Made by a program: the position numbers and the translations under genes
DNA from: Candidatus Omnitrophota bacterium
Lineage (GTDB): Bacteria; Omnitrophota; Gorgyraeia; 2-02-FULL-51-18
Length of the DNA: 64,000 nucleotides
Assembly: GCA_945877765.1 (NCBI GenBank)
Contig: CAMDWQ010000002.1
Coordinates: 14,464-78,463, forward strand
Direction: 5' to 3'
The notes under the pieces: generated by a model
Told to the model about the DNA's origin: nothing
Database searches by the model: none
What the model saw: the letters and a program-made list of their open reading frames with translations, nothing else
Shown here: piece after piece, positions 46,587 through 56,844 of the stretch
Layout: every line of letters starts with the position of its first letter
Position numbering within the stretch: position 1 is the stretch's first letter

Positions 46587-47185
46587 CGCCGATAAAGGCT
46601 CTTCTTTTGGTGCTAATTTTTTTAGCGTTGAACCAGAATTTGTCGCAGGCGTCCTCGCGCGAGGAGTGGAAGGATCAGGATAAAGATGGCTTCAAAGAGA
46701 CGCACTTATTTTTGGATGGAAAAGGAAAATTGCTGCAGAAAACCAAGGACACCAATGCCGACGGAAAGCCTGATGAGTATTCCAGCTATCCTCAAGGTAG
46801 CCGAAATTTTGTCTTGAAGGAATTGGATCGCAATTTTGACGGGAAAATTGACAAGCGCTCTCTTTCTCAATGGGATCCCAATAAAGGCATTTCAATTTGG
46901 GATGGAAAGCGCATCATCAAGACCCCCGTCCCCGGCTACAGCCCGATTTGGAAAGAAGGGGACAATGATTTTGACGGCATTATTGATACTTATCATGAAA
47001 AAAAACAAAAAAATGAAACAGTCGCACCTCTAAAAAACAAGGTGGGGCAGGCGATCGATATTCGCCCTATGACGGTTTCAGCACAAGATGGGGTTGAAAA
47101 AACAGCCAAGGAAGCAGGTCCCCAAACTTCGCAAGAACAAGAGCGTATCGATCAGTTAAATCAAAAGATGGGTCTGAAATCATGA
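46583..47185 (+). CDS. Secreted protein with repeated D-x-D-G-x-x-D (EF-hand/calcium-binding-like) motifs
   Basis: Signal peptide 'LLVLIFLALNQNLSQAS'. Motifs 'DKDGFKE', 'NADGKPDE', 'DRNFDGKIDK', 'DNDFDGIIDT'. Confidence 0.45.
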   Translation: MTPIKALLLVLIFLALNQNLSQASSREEWKDQDKDGFKETHLFLDGKGKLLQKTKDTNADGKPDEYSSYPQGSRNFVLKELDRNFDGKIDKRSLSQWDPNKGISIWDGKRIIKTPVPGYSPIWKEGDNDFDGIIDTYHEKKQKNETVAPLKNKVGQAIDIRPMTVSAQDGVEKTAKEAGPQTSQEQERIDQLNQKMGLKS

Positions 47186-48744
47186 AAAACAAAACGCTGG
47201 CACTAGTGGTTTTTATTTGCGGTATGGCGACGATGACGCTTGAGCTTGTCGGCTCACGGATTTTTGCGCCCTATGTGGGCACCTCCATTTTTGTTTGGAC
47301 GAACCTGATTGGTGTCATTCTTGGATTTTTAAGTCTTGGGTATGCCTGGGGAGGAAAAATCGCCGACAAAAATCCGAGCGCAAATATTTTTTCTTTAATT
47401 ATTCTTGGGGCTGCCTTTTGGATTATCTTGCTGGGATTTATTTCAGACCCTGTGTTGGTTTTGATTCAGCAGGTGGTCCATGATGTGCGTGCCGCGGCAC
47501 TTTTAGCAGCGATAGTTTTATTCGGGGTTCCATCGACCCTTTTGGGGATGGTGTCTCCCTACGCTGTTAAGCTCAAAACTTATTCCCCCGATAAAGCGGG
47601 GTCCGCCGTGGGGGAGCTTTATGCGCTCTCAACGATCGGCAGTATTGCGGGGACTTTTTTGACGGGCTTTGTACTGCTATCTTATTTTGGAAACACGCTC
47701 ATCCTTTTTGGGCTTGCAGGGGTCTTGATTTTGACGGCCTTGATGGTTTCTCGATGGGCAGGCAAGGCCAAGATCTTCTTTTTTTTGATTGCCGTATTTT
47801 TGTCGTGCTCGTCCGAGGTTTTGGCCAGCATCATTCGCGGAAGAGACCTTGTGGATGTGAACACACCTTACAGTCGTGTTTGGATTTACGATTTACCGGC
47901 GCAGGGCGCCAAAACAGCCAGGGTCATGCAGATCAATGACGAGCTCAGCTCGATGAAAATTTTAGGCAGTCAAGAGCTCCTCGCGCCCTACACCAAATAT
48001 TATGAGCTTTCGGGCCACTTTTATCCCAACCCAACGAGCACGCTGATGCTGGGAGGGGCAGGTTATTGTTATCCCGAAAAATTTCTCTCTGATTATCCTC
48101 AAGCCGCTATCGATGTGGTAGAGATTGATCCGGGAGTTACCCGTCTGGCTGAAAAATATTTTGATTTAAAAGAGGATAGCCGCCTTACGATTTATCACGA
48201 AGACGCTCGCACCTACCTAAACAGGAATAAAAAAATTTACAATTTAATCTTTGTCGATGTTTTCCGGTCCTCCTCCATTCCCTTTCACGTCACCACCAAA
48301 GAAGCTGTGCGTAAAATGGCCGAAGCGCTCGATGATGAGGGGATCCTTATGATGAACGTGATATCCAGTATTGAAGGGGAGGCTGGGGAGTTTCTGAGAG
48401 CGGAGCTGGCTACGCTCAAAACAGCTTTCTCCCAGGTCTACATTTATCCCGTGCAGGATCGTGACAATGCAAAATTAGTACAAAATTTAATGGTGGTAGC
48501 TTTAAAGTCAAAAAGCATTCCCAAATTTTATAGCCGGGACGCTAAGCTCAATGACTATTTGTCCCATTTATGGATCAACCCCATCGTCGAGGATCAGGCG
48601 GTTCTGACAGATGATTTTGCTCCAGTCGACCGCTATTCGCTTAGGAATTTAAGTGGTCTAAGCGCATCCGAAAACCCTATATTTAAGCATTGGAAGCGAC
48701 TTTTCTCACAAAGAACGCTATTTGGTGAAAAAGCCCACTCTTAA
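47182..48744 (+). CDS. Polyamine aminopropyltransferase (spermidine synthase family) fused to an N-terminal multi-TM domain
   Basis: About 200-aa N-terminal membrane region, then 'STLMLGGAGYCYPEKFL...VEIDPGVTRLAEKYF...NLIFVDVF' SpeE-like motifs. Confidence 0.72.
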   Translation: MKNKTLALVVFICGMATMTLELVGSRIFAPYVGTSIFVWTNLIGVILGFLSLGYAWGGKIADKNPSANIFSLIILGAAFWIILLGFISDPVLVLIQQVVHDVRAAALLAAIVLFGVPSTLLGMVSPYAVKLKTYSPDKAGSAVGELYALSTIGSIAGTFLTGFVLLSYFGNTLILFGLAGVLILTALMVSRWAGKAKIFFFLIAVFLSCSSEVLASIIRGRDLVDVNTPYSRVWIYDLPAQGAKTARVMQINDELSSMKILGSQELLAPYTKYYELSGHFYPNPTSTLMLGGAGYCYPEKFLSDYPQAAIDVVEIDPGVTRLAEKYFDLKEDSRLTIYHEDARTYLNRNKKIYNLIFVDVFRSSSIPFHVTTKEAVRKMAEALDDEGILMMNVISSIEGEAGEFLRAELATLKTAFSQVYIYPVQDRDNAKLVQNLMVVALKSKSIPKFYSRDAKLNDYLSHLWINPIVEDQAVLTDDFAPVDRYSLRNLSGLSASENPIFKHWKRLFSQRTLFGEKAHS

Positions 48745-48825
48745 ACCCAGACTAGCTTAAGCTATAATTCCTATTGACAATCACCCTGCGGGGTGCTATT
48801 TTATCAGCTCTTTACGAGGAGATTT

Positions 48826-49263
48826 ATGTCAACATTTTTTTTGAAGAAAGAACAGATTACCGATAAGAAGTGGCATGTGATTGATGCCAAAGACCAAGTG
48901 GTCGGCCGCCTGGCTGCCCGCATTTCAAGAATTTTGATGGGAAAAAATAAGACTTCGTACACTCCTCACGTCGACAGCGGGGATGGCGTGATTGCCATCA
49001 ATGCCTCGCAAGTGCGCGTCACGGGCAGGAAAAACGAGCAAAAACTTTACACCAACTACTCGGGTTATCCGGGCGGGTTGAAGACAAGGACTTTTGATCG
49101 TGTGATGAAGCAGGACCCGACGTATGCGCTGACGCATGCGGTCAAGGGAATGCTTCCTAAAAACCGGATGGGCAAGCAGATGATTACTCATTTTTTGGTG
49201 TATGCCGGATCTACGCATCCGCACCAGGCTCAGAAACCGCAAGCCATGAACACAAAGGCCTAA
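48826..49263 (+). CDS. rplM: 50S ribosomal protein L13
   Basis: '[21 protein letters not shown]...LMGKNK..YTPH'. Start taken at 'MSTFFLKK'. Confidence 0.9.
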   Translation: MSTFFLKKEQITDKKWHVIDAKDQVVGRLAARISRILMGKNKTSYTPHVDSGDGVIAINASQVRVTGRKNEQKLYTNYSGYPGGLKTRTFDRVMKQDPTYALTHAVKGMLPKNRMGKQMITHFLVYAGSTHPHQAQKPQAMNTKA

Positions 49264-49267
49264 TTTA

Positions 49268-49702
49268 ATGTCGACTGAAACGGTTAAAGTAAAACCCACA
49301 CTTCTTAAAGCCTCGACCGACAAAGTAATGACTCGGGGCGGACGCAAGGAAGCCACGGCGCGCGTACAACTTTTTAAAGGCACGGGAATCATTCAGGTCA
49401 ACAAAAGAGCGCTCAAAGCTTATTTTGGTCGACCGACACTTGAAATGGTCATTCGCCAGCCTTTGGAAGCCATCCAGTTGCAGGACAAGGTCGATGTGAT
49501 TGCCAATGTCCGTGGCGGCGGTCTCTCAGGTCAAGCAGGAGCCATTCGTCATGCTATTTCACGGGCACTGGTTCAATTTGATGCCACACTCAAGCCTCTT
49601 CTGCGCAAGGGAGATTTTCTCATGCGCGATGACCGCATGAAGGAACGTAAAAAGTATGGACGCAAGGGCGCACGCCGTCGCTTCCAGTTCTCCAAGCGTT
49701 AA
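49268..49702 (+). CDS. rpsI: 30S ribosomal protein S9
   Basis: '[19 protein letters not shown]...[25 protein letters not shown]' canonical C-terminus. Confidence 0.95.
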   Translation: MSTETVKVKPTLLKASTDKVMTRGGRKEATARVQLFKGTGIIQVNKRALKAYFGRPTLEMVIRQPLEAIQLQDKVDVIANVRGGGLSGQAGAIRHAISRALVQFDATLKPLLRKGDFLMRDDRMKERKKYGRKGARRRFQFSKR

Positions 49703-49757
49703 AGTGAGGCAAATCCCGAGTTTCATTTTTTAATTAAATTGTTGTAAGTGAAGGAAC

Positions 49758-49794
49758 AGCCGAGCTTTATGCTCGGCTTTCTTTTTTATTTTTT
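49758..49794 (+). terminator. Rho-independent terminator after rplM-rpsI
   Basis: Stem 'agccgagc'-tttat-'gctcggct' followed by 'ttctttttttattttt'. Confidence 0.7.
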
Positions 49795-49874
49795 GACATG
49801 CACGACAAAGCTAATTATAATGAACACTTCGCGGATAAAATAGCACAGATAATACAGAGCAGTGTCAGAGTAGT

Positions 49875-49944
49875 GTCATCCCCGAATTTTCTTATCGGGG
49901 ATCATGTATTAGTTTGATTCCCGATTAAAACTTTCGGGAATGAC
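49875..49944 (+). repeat. Bipartite palindromic repeat unit, copy A (upstream of argC)
   Basis: 'gtcatccccga-N10-tcggggatcatg...tgattcccga-N10-tcgggaatgac'. Ends 13 nt before ATG 49958, with GGGAG in between. Confidence 0.8.
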
Positions 49945-49957
49945 GATTGGGAGCGGA

Positions 49958-50983
49958 ATGAAAAAACTTCGAGTAGGTATTGTCGGCGCCACCGGATATA
50001 CCGGTGAAGAAATCGTACGCATCCTCTCCAAACACCCACACGTTGAAATCACTTACGTCTCCGGAAAAGAAGACCGTGAGATTAGGATTCAGGAAATCTT
50101 TCCTTACCTGTCTGGAAGATTGGATTTGGAATGCAAGGCTTTTTCGCAGGAGGAAGCCACCGAAAAAACAGATCTTGTTTTTTTATCCCTGCCGCACACC
50201 GTTTCGATGCAAGCCGCACCCTTATTTTTGAAAGCGGGGAAAAAAGTCATTGATGTCAGCGCTGATTACCGGCTAAAAGATCTGGCCGTCTATGAAAAAT
50301 TTTATAAGGTTGAGCACAAAGACCCGGCGAATTTAAAACACGCGATTTATGGTTTACCTGAAATCAACCGGGAAAAAATTCGGAAAGCCTCGCTTGTGGC
50401 CAATCCTGGCTGCTATCCGACCGGCGCCATTCTTGGGCTTTTGCCCGGAATCAAGGGCGGGTTTTTCGATCTAGACCGCATTTGCATCGACGCCAAGAGC
50501 GGAGTCACCGGGGCGGGGAGAAAAGCGGAAAAATCGCTCAACTTTTCGGAAGTCAATGAGTCTTTCAAAGCTTATAAACTTTTTGAGCATCAGCACGTCC
50601 CTGAAATCGATCAGGAGCTCAGCCGCTTTTCAAAAAAAGAAGTCAGCGTTGTTTTTGTTCCGCATCTTTTGCCCATCAATCGGGGCATTTTAAGCACGAT
50701 GTATATTCCGCTGAAAAAAAAGACGACGACGCAGGATCTTTGCACGGCGTATCAAAAATTTTATAAAAATGAGCCGTTTGTAAAAGTGTACGGCGGCGGC
50801 CGTTTGCCCGAATTAAAACATGTGGCGCATACCAATTTTTGCGATATTGGCCTTAAAGTCAACGAAGCCAAGTCGCTCGCCGTTGTCGTGGCGGCGATTG
50901 ATAATTTGACCAAAGGTGCCGCAGGGCAGGCCGTGCAGAACATGAATATCATGTCCGGTTTTGACGAGCGCGAGGGCTTTTAA
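49958..50983 (+). CDS. argC: N-acetyl-gamma-glutamyl-phosphate reductase
   Basis: 'KLRVGIVGATGYTGEE' NAD-binding motif and active-site 'ANPGCYPT'. The upstream ATG 49940 lies inside the repeat and was not used. Confidence 0.93.
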   Translation: MKKLRVGIVGATGYTGEEIVRILSKHPHVEITYVSGKEDREIRIQEIFPYLSGRLDLECKAFSQEEATEKTDLVFLSLPHTVSMQAAPLFLKAGKKVIDVSADYRLKDLAVYEKFYKVEHKDPANLKHAIYGLPEINREKIRKASLVANPGCYPTGAILGLLPGIKGGFFDLDRICIDAKSGVTGAGRKAEKSLNFSEVNESFKAYKLFEHQHVPEIDQELSRFSKKEVSVVFVPHLLPINRGILSTMYIPLKKKTTTQDLCTAYQKFYKNEPFVKVYGGGRLPELKHVAHTNFCDIGLKVNEAKSLAVVVAAIDNLTKGAAGQAVQNMNIMSGFDEREGF

Positions 50984-52207
50984 ATGAAAGTCATTCACGG
51001 CGGCATCACGGCGGCAACAGGATTTAAAGCCAGCGGGCTTTATTGCGGCATTAAAGTTTCGAAGAAAAAAGATCTTTCGCTTATTTATTCTGAAAAAATT
51101 TGCGATGCGGCCGGCTCCTTTACAACCAATAAAGTCCAAGCGTCTTGCGTGGTGGTAAATAAAGAGCACTTAAAGGACCATAAAGCACAGGCGATTATTG
51201 CCAATTCGGGAAACGCCAATTGCATGACCGGCGAGAGTGGTTTTGAAAATACCAGAACCATGGCGTCTGTGACAGCTCGGTTACTTAAAATTCGTAAGAA
51301 GGATGTCTTGGTTGCGTCAACCGGTGTCATTGGGAAGCCGTTGCCGATTAAAAAAATTATAGAAGCAGCGCCGCAGTTGGTGGGAGATCTGAGCAAAAAA
51401 GGCGGAGAGCATGCCGCTGCGGGTATTTTGACCACGGACCGCTTAAATAAAGAAATGGCAGTGGAGTTTTTGGTCGGTGCAAAGAGTGTACGTGTAGGTG
51501 CTATCGCCAAAGGAGCCGGGATGATTCATCCGCAGATGACTGTCCACGGGCCCAAACACGCGACCATGCTTTGTTTTGCGACAACCGATGCGTTGATTGC
51601 GCCGACGGCACTGCGCGCGGCTTTGGACCGGTCCATAGGCAAATCTTTTAATGCCATCACCATTGACGGTGATATGTCGACGAATGACATGGTGTTGGTG
51701 CTGGCCAACGGCATGGCAGGGAACAAAAAAATAATCGAGGGCACCAAAGAGTTTCGTTTGTTTGTCCGCGCACTCGAAACCATTTTTTTACACCTGGCCA
51801 AGGAAATGGTACGGGACGCCGAGGGTGCCACTAAATTTGTGGAAGTGGCGGTTAAAAATGCTTCCAGCGCCGAAGACGCAATTAATACGGCCCGTTCCGT
51901 TGCCAGTTCCAATCTTTTTAAGTGCGCTTTGTTTGGTTCAGATCCCAACTGGGGACGCATCGCTGCTGCTGCCGGATATTCTGGCGCTCATCTGGATCCC
52001 TGGAAGCTTTGTATTTATTTGGGAAAAGAACTCGTTCTCAAAAATGGCGGCAGGGTCAAACAAAAAGCAGCCGTGCTAAACCGCGTTTTTGCGCAAAAAA
52101 ATATTAAAATTACCGTCGACTTGGGATTGGGAAAGTACAGCGCCAGCGCTTATACGTGTGATTTTTCAACCGGGTATGTGCGGATTAATTCCGCGTACAG
52201 AACTTAA
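50984..52207 (+). CDS. argJ: Bifunctional glutamate N-acetyltransferase / amino-acid acetyltransferase ArgJ
   Basis: 'GFKASGLYCGIK', and autoproteolysis region 'FATTDALI' (ATML/TTDA-type). 407 aa. Confidence 0.93.
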   Translation: MKVIHGGITAATGFKASGLYCGIKVSKKKDLSLIYSEKICDAAGSFTTNKVQASCVVVNKEHLKDHKAQAIIANSGNANCMTGESGFENTRTMASVTARLLKIRKKDVLVASTGVIGKPLPIKKIIEAAPQLVGDLSKKGGEHAAAGILTTDRLNKEMAVEFLVGAKSVRVGAIAKGAGMIHPQMTVHGPKHATMLCFATTDALIAPTALRAALDRSIGKSFNAITIDGDMSTNDMVLVLANGMAGNKKIIEGTKEFRLFVRALETIFLHLAKEMVRDAEGATKFVEVAVKNASSAEDAINTARSVASSNLFKCALFGSDPNWGRIAAAAGYSGAHLDPWKLCIYLGKELVLKNGGRVKQKAAVLNRVFAQKNIKITVDLGLGKYSASAYTCDFSTGYVRINSAYRT

Positions 52208-52245
52208 TTATCAGGGCGCTGTTTCGTTTGGACACGAAATAGGTT

Positions 52246-52275
52246 TGATCCCCGATTAAAGATTTCGGGGATGAC
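52246..52275 (-). repeat. Half-copy (single hairpin) of the palindromic repeat, copy B, inverted orientation (upstream of argB)
   Basis: 'tgatccccgattaaagatttcggggatgac'. The flanking 'gatgacactgtgctgacatt' mirrors the 5' flank of copy A. Confidence 0.65.
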
Positions 52276-52303
52276 ACTGTGCTGACATTGGAGAGGGTAA
52301 ACC

Positions 52304-53167
52304 ATGGATGATATTATTAAAAAAGCGGATGTGTTGATTGAAGCGCTTCCGTTTATCCAGAGTTTTTATGACAAGACGGTTGTTATTAAATATGGCGGTG
52401 CGGTTCTCACGGATACCGAGATACGGCGCAACGTGCTTGAGGACATTGTGTTTATGAGCTACGTGGGCATGCGGCCGGTGCTGGTTCACGGTGGCGGCCC
52501 GTACATCAGTAAGCGGTTGGAGTCTACCGGTAAAATACCCAAATTTGTGCAGGGTTTTCGTGTCACGGACGAAGAGACCATCGAAGTAGTCGAGGAAGAG
52601 CTCACCAAAATTAATCGCGAGATTGTCCGCGAAATCATTTCTTTAGGGGGGAGTGCGATTTCCCTTTCGGGCAGAGAAGATCATCTGATCGAAGTTAAAA
52701 AGCACGCAGACATCGACGGTGAGGACATCGGTTTTGTTGGGGAAGTTACCAAAGTGAATGGCGATGTGATTTCAAAAATGATCACTAGCGACATCATCCC
52801 GGTCATCTCACCGATGGGTATCGGCAAAGACGGATTGACGTACAACGTGAACGCGGACCAGGCGGCTGCGGAAATTGCGCGCAATCTCAGTGCTCTCAAA
52901 TTCATTTTGCTGACGAACGTCCGCGGTATTTTAAAAAATCTTGAGGACCCCGAGTCCGTTATTTCTCACATCACCATCGCCGAAGTGGATGAGTACATGG
53001 AAAAAAAAGTCATTGGCGGCGGCATGATACCAAAGGTGCGTGCTTGTATGCGTGCGCTCGACCGTGGAGTTAAGAAAACCCATATTATTGACGGGCGGAT
53101 TCCTCATGGACTCCTGCTTGAAATTTTCACCGATAAGGGCATTGGCACCGAAATTGTCAGGCGCTAG
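52304..53167 (+). CDS. argB: Acetylglutamate kinase
   Basis: 'VIKYGGAV...PVLVHGGGP...' amino-acid kinase motifs. 287 aa. Confidence 0.93.
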   Translation: MDDIIKKADVLIEALPFIQSFYDKTVVIKYGGAVLTDTEIRRNVLEDIVFMSYVGMRPVLVHGGGPYISKRLESTGKIPKFVQGFRVTDEETIEVVEEELTKINREIVREIISLGGSAISLSGREDHLIEVKKHADIDGEDIGFVGEVTKVNGDVISKMITSDIIPVISPMGIGKDGLTYNVNADQAAAEIARNLSALKFILLTNVRGILKNLEDPESVISHITIAEVDEYMEKKVIGGGMIPKVRACMRALDRGVKKTHIIDGRIPHGLLLEIFTDKGIGTEIVRR

Positions 53168-53179
53168 AGAGAAAATCTG

Positions 53180-54367
53180 ATGGATTATAGAAAAATAATA
53201 CGGCTCTATTACGATTACGTCGTTCCCTGCTATACCAAGTTTCCGCTGGTTTTGCAGAAGGGCCGCGGGACTCGCGTGTGGGATTCTCATGGCGACGAAT
53301 ACCTTGATTTTTTTCCCGGATGGGCAGTTAGCGGGATTGGGCATTGCCATAAGCGCGTGACGGAGGCTATCAAGCGTCAGGTCGAGCAGCTGATGCACGT
53401 GTCCAATAACTATTACCATGCCGAACAGGGAAAGCTGGCGGAGCTGATTATTCGCCACTCGTTTCCAGGGAAGGTTTTTTTCTGTAACTCCGGCGCGGAA
53501 GCTAATGAAGCGGCGTTTAAACTTGCTCGCAAATTTGGAAATCCTGCACGCAACGAAATTATCGCGATGGAGCGTTCTTTTCATGGCAGGACGCTTGCCG
53601 CGGTCACAGCGACAGGAACGGCAAAGTATCACGAGGGATTCGAGCCTCTGGTGCCAGGTTTTAAACATGTGCCATTCAACGATTTTGCCGCGCTTGAGCG
53701 AGCGGTGTCCTCCAAGACAGCCGCTATTATCATGGAGCCTATTCAAGGGGAAGGCGGCATTCATGTGGCGGATTCTCACTATTTATCGAACGTGAGGCGT
53801 CTTTGCAATGACAAAAAGATTCTTTTGATATTTGATGAGGTGCAGACCGGGATGGGGCGTACCGGCAGACTGTTTTGTTTTAAAAATTTTGGGATTGAGC
53901 CGGATGTGATGACGCTGGCGAAGTCGCTTGGCAGTGGTTTTCCGATCGGCGCCATGGTGGTCAAAAAGCAATATGCCGATATTTTGCAGCCGGGAATGCA
54001 TGCCACCACATTTGGCGGAAGCCCGCTGGCTTGTGTGGCGGCATTGGCGACATTTGAAGCGATTGAAAAAGAAAAACTCTTGAGTAATGCGGTCGTTACT
54101 GGTTCCCACTTATTTAAAAAATTGGGAGAGCTTAAAAAGAAGCATTCGATCATTCGCCAAGTGCGCGGGATGGCGCTCATGGCGGGAATTGAGCTTGAAA
54201 TTGAGGGAAAGGCGATTTATGAGCAGTGTTTACAGAGAAAACTTCTCATTAATTGCACACAAGGAAACGTTCTTCGTCTCATGCCTCCGTTGGTGGTGAA
54301 AGAAAAAGAGATTGATCGGGCGATTCAGATTTTAGATGAAGTCCTGGCAGGTCAGGCAGGAAAATGA
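53180..54367 (+). CDS. argD: Acetylornithine aminotransferase
   Basis: Class III aminotransferase. PLP-lysine region 'IFDEVQTGMGRTG...LAKSLGSGFPIGA'. Confidence 0.9.
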   Translation: MDYRKIIRLYYDYVVPCYTKFPLVLQKGRGTRVWDSHGDEYLDFFPGWAVSGIGHCHKRVTEAIKRQVEQLMHVSNNYYHAEQGKLAELIIRHSFPGKVFFCNSGAEANEAAFKLARKFGNPARNEIIAMERSFHGRTLAAVTATGTAKYHEGFEPLVPGFKHVPFNDFAALERAVSSKTAAIIMEPIQGEGGIHVADSHYLSNVRRLCNDKKILLIFDEVQTGMGRTGRLFCFKNFGIEPDVMTLAKSLGSGFPIGAMVVKKQYADILQPGMHATTFGGSPLACVAALATFEAIEKEKLLSNAVVTGSHLFKKLGELKKKHSIIRQVRGMALMAGIELEIEGKAIYEQCLQRKLLINCTQGNVLRLMPPLVVKEKEIDRAIQILDEVLAGQAGK

Positions 54368-54393
54368 TTCGTAAAAAAAGGGAGTAGGATTCC

Positions 54394-55404
54394 ATGAAAA
54401 AGAAATCAAGCAAGAAGTCCAAATCTAAAAAAATTTCTTCGGGGGCCCGCAAACCGGCGGTCCTGTTTGAAGCGAAAGATTTTCTGAGTTTAAAAGAAGT
54501 CCACGCATCGGATTTGGAGACTTTATTTAAGCTGGCGGACAAAATGAAAAAAAATCCCGCGCAGTTTTTGGGAAAATTAAAAGGCAAGTCACTGGCGCTT
54601 CTATTCCAGAAGCCATCGATCCGTACGCGCGTGTCTTTCCAGGTAGGAATGGCTCAGCTGGGTGGAAACTGTGTCTACATGGACCCCCAGGAAATGCCGC
54701 TAGGCGAGCGTGAGTCCATCAAGGACGTGGCAAGAGTTTTGTCGCGCTATTGCGATGCGGTGGTGACGCGTACTTATTCGCACACGGCGTTGGAAGATTT
54801 TGCCAAATTTGCCACGGTTCCGGTGATCAACGGCTTGAGTGATTCTTACCACCCCTGCCAGACGATTGCGGACCTCTTTACGATTCGCGAAAAATTTGGT
54901 GATTTGAAGAAAATCAATATTGCCTATATCGGCGATAGCAACAATGTTCTGAACTCTCTTTTGTACGGCGTTGCCAAAGTGGGTGCGAATCTATCCATTG
55001 CGTCTCCCCGTGGCTATGAACCGAATGAAGAGATCTTAAAAGACCTAAAGCTTCAGTGCAAGGATTCCGGCGCTAAAATTGCCGTGTGTAACAATCCGTT
55101 TAACGCGATCAAAAACGCCCATGTCGTTTACACGGACGTCTGGGTGAGTATGGGCCAGGAAAAGCAGCGCGACCAGCGGTTGCGTGATTTCCAGCCGTTT
55201 CAAGTCAATGGCGCGATTGCCAGTAAAGCACCCAAGGACTCGATTTTTATGCACTGTTTGCCGGCGCATCGCGGCGAAGAAATCACCGACGAGGTTATTG
55301 AGCATCCGCGTTCGGCTATTTTTGACCAAGCTGAAAACAGGCTTCACACACAGAAAGCGCTGCTGTATTTGCTTTTGACAAGAAAAACTAAAAAGAAAAA
55401 GTAA
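54394..55404 (+). CDS. argF: Ornithine carbamoyltransferase
   Basis: 'STRTR' carbamoyl-phosphate motif ('PSIRTRVSF'), 'HPCQ', 'HCLPAHRGEE'. Confidence 0.93.
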   Translation: MKKKSSKKSKSKKISSGARKPAVLFEAKDFLSLKEVHASDLETLFKLADKMKKNPAQFLGKLKGKSLALLFQKPSIRTRVSFQVGMAQLGGNCVYMDPQEMPLGERESIKDVARVLSRYCDAVVTRTYSHTALEDFAKFATVPVINGLSDSYHPCQTIADLFTIREKFGDLKKINIAYIGDSNNVLNSLLYGVAKVGANLSIASPRGYEPNEEILKDLKLQCKDSGAKIAVCNNPFNAIKNAHVVYTDVWVSMGQEKQRDQRLRDFQPFQVNGAIASKAPKDSIFMHCLPAHRGEEITDEVIEHPRSAIFDQAENRLHTQKALLYLLLTRKTKKKK

Positions 55405-55415
55405 TCACACAAGGT

Positions 55416-55486
55416 GTCATCCCCGAGATCATTAATCGGGGATCATGTCTTAAGTTTGATTCCCGATAAAAAAATTCGGGAATGAC
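55416..55486 (+). repeat. Palindromic repeat unit, copy C1 (tandem pair upstream of argG)
   Basis: 71-nt unit matching the family consensus. Separated from C2 by 12 nt. Confidence 0.8.
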
Positions 55487-55498
55487 GTAGAATGGTAT

Positions 55499-55568
55499 GT
55501 CATCCCCGAAATCTTTTATCGGGGATCATGTGTAGGTTTGATTCCCGATTAAAACTTTCGGGAATGAC
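55499..55568 (+). repeat. Palindromic repeat unit, copy C2
   Basis: 70-nt unit. Ends 13 nt before ATG 55582, with GGGAGAG in between. Confidence 0.8.
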
Positions 55569-55581
55569 ATTGGGAGAGAAA

Positions 55582-56751
55582 ATGAAAAAAATTGTTCTAG
55601 CATATTCCGGCGGTTTAGACACTTCGGTCGCGATTAAGTGGCTCAAAGACAAAGGCTATGAAGTGATCGCCTACATGGCGGATGTGGGTCAAGAAAAAAC
55701 CACCACCGCGGCGATTGCGCGCGCGAAAAAAGCCGGCGCCTCCAAAGTTGTCGTGAAGGATCTCAAAAAGAAATTTGTGACGGACTATGTATGGCCGGCG
55801 CTAAAGGCCGGAGCTGTTTACGAAGGCCGTTACACGCTAGCCACCGCCTTGTCACGTCCCTGTATTGCGGCCGAACAAGTCGCGGTTGCACACGCCGAAA
55901 AGGCCACCGCAGTCGGTCACGGCTGTACCGGGAAGGGCAACGATCAGGTACGCTTTGAGGTCACGATCCAAGCGCTCGATAGCTCACTTGAGATTTTAGC
56001 GCCTTTGCGCGAATGGGAGTTTAAGTCGCGCGATGAGGAAATTGATTACGCGATCAAGCACCGGATTCCTATTGACGTCACGAAGAAAAGCTCGTATTCC
56101 ATCGACAAGAACGTGTGGGGCGTGTCGGTCGAGTCTGGCGTTCTCGAAAATCCTAATATAGAACCGCCGCAGGATTCATTCCAGTGGACGCGCGGCGCCG
56201 AAAAAAGAAATCTTAAAGATCGCGTTGTTACGATCGAATTCAACAAAGGTATCCCCGTTGGCCTCGACGGCAAAAAGCTCGGGCCGCTTGAGCTCATCGC
56301 CAAACTCAATGATACCGGGGCGCAATACGGCATCGGCCGCATGGACATGATCGAAAATCGTCTCGTCGGCATCAAATCCCGCGAGACATACGAAGCGCCG
56401 GCCGCGACGATTCTGATGCTTGCACACGCGGATCTTGAGAGCCTCGTGCTTGACCGCGAACTTTTGCATTACAAGCAGGGGATTTCGCAGAAGTACGCAG
56501 ATCTTGTGTATTACGGTCTGTGGTTTACGCCAATGCGTGAGGCGCTGGACGCGTTCGTTGAAACCACGCAGAAAAAAGTCACTGGCAAAGTCCGTGTGCG
56601 CCTGCGCAAATTCAGCGCGAACATTGTCGGCCGCACCTCACCGTTTTCGCGTTATAACGAGAACCTGGCGACGTACACCGCCAAGGATACGTTTGATCAC
56701 CGGCTCGCCAAGGGGTTCATCGACCTTTGGGCTCTGCCTTACAGGAAATGA
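55582..56751 (+). CDS. argG: Argininosuccinate synthase
   Basis: 'KIVLAYSGGLDTSV' PP-loop and 'GCTGKGNDQVRFE'. The longer ORF from 55492 would read through the repeats. Confidence 0.93.
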   Translation: MKKIVLAYSGGLDTSVAIKWLKDKGYEVIAYMADVGQEKTTTAAIARAKKAGASKVVVKDLKKKFVTDYVWPALKAGAVYEGRYTLATALSRPCIAAEQVAVAHAEKATAVGHGCTGKGNDQVRFEVTIQALDSSLEILAPLREWEFKSRDEEIDYAIKHRIPIDVTKKSSYSIDKNVWGVSVESGVLENPNIEPPQDSFQWTRGAEKRNLKDRVVTIEFNKGIPVGLDGKKLGPLELIAKLNDTGAQYGIGRMDMIENRLVGIKSRETYEAPAATILMLAHADLESLVLDRELLHYKQGISQKYADLVYYGLWFTPMREALDAFVETTQKKVTGKVRVRLRKFSANIVGRTSPFSRYNENLATYTAKDTFDHRLAKGFIDLWALPYRK

Positions 56752-56759
56752 CGCGAAGC

Positions 56760-56830
56760 GTCATCCCCGAAATATTTAATCGGGGATCATGTGTTGGGTT
56801 TGATTCCCGATAAAAACTTTCGGGAATGAC
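56760..56830 (+). repeat. Palindromic repeat unit, copy D (upstream of argH)
   Basis: 71-nt unit. The additional 7-bp palindrome atgacgc/gcgtcat spans the argG stop codon. Confidence 0.8.
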
Positions 56831-56844
56831 AGGGAGTATTAAAA

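Noticed and set aside
49940-49957. Longer argC ORF starting at ATG 49940, and longer lysA ORF from ATG 58282
   Set aside because: Both upstream ATGs lie inside the palindromic repeat. The downstream ATGs (49958, 58300) are preceded by GGGAG/GAGGAG at correct spacing and match family N-termini.
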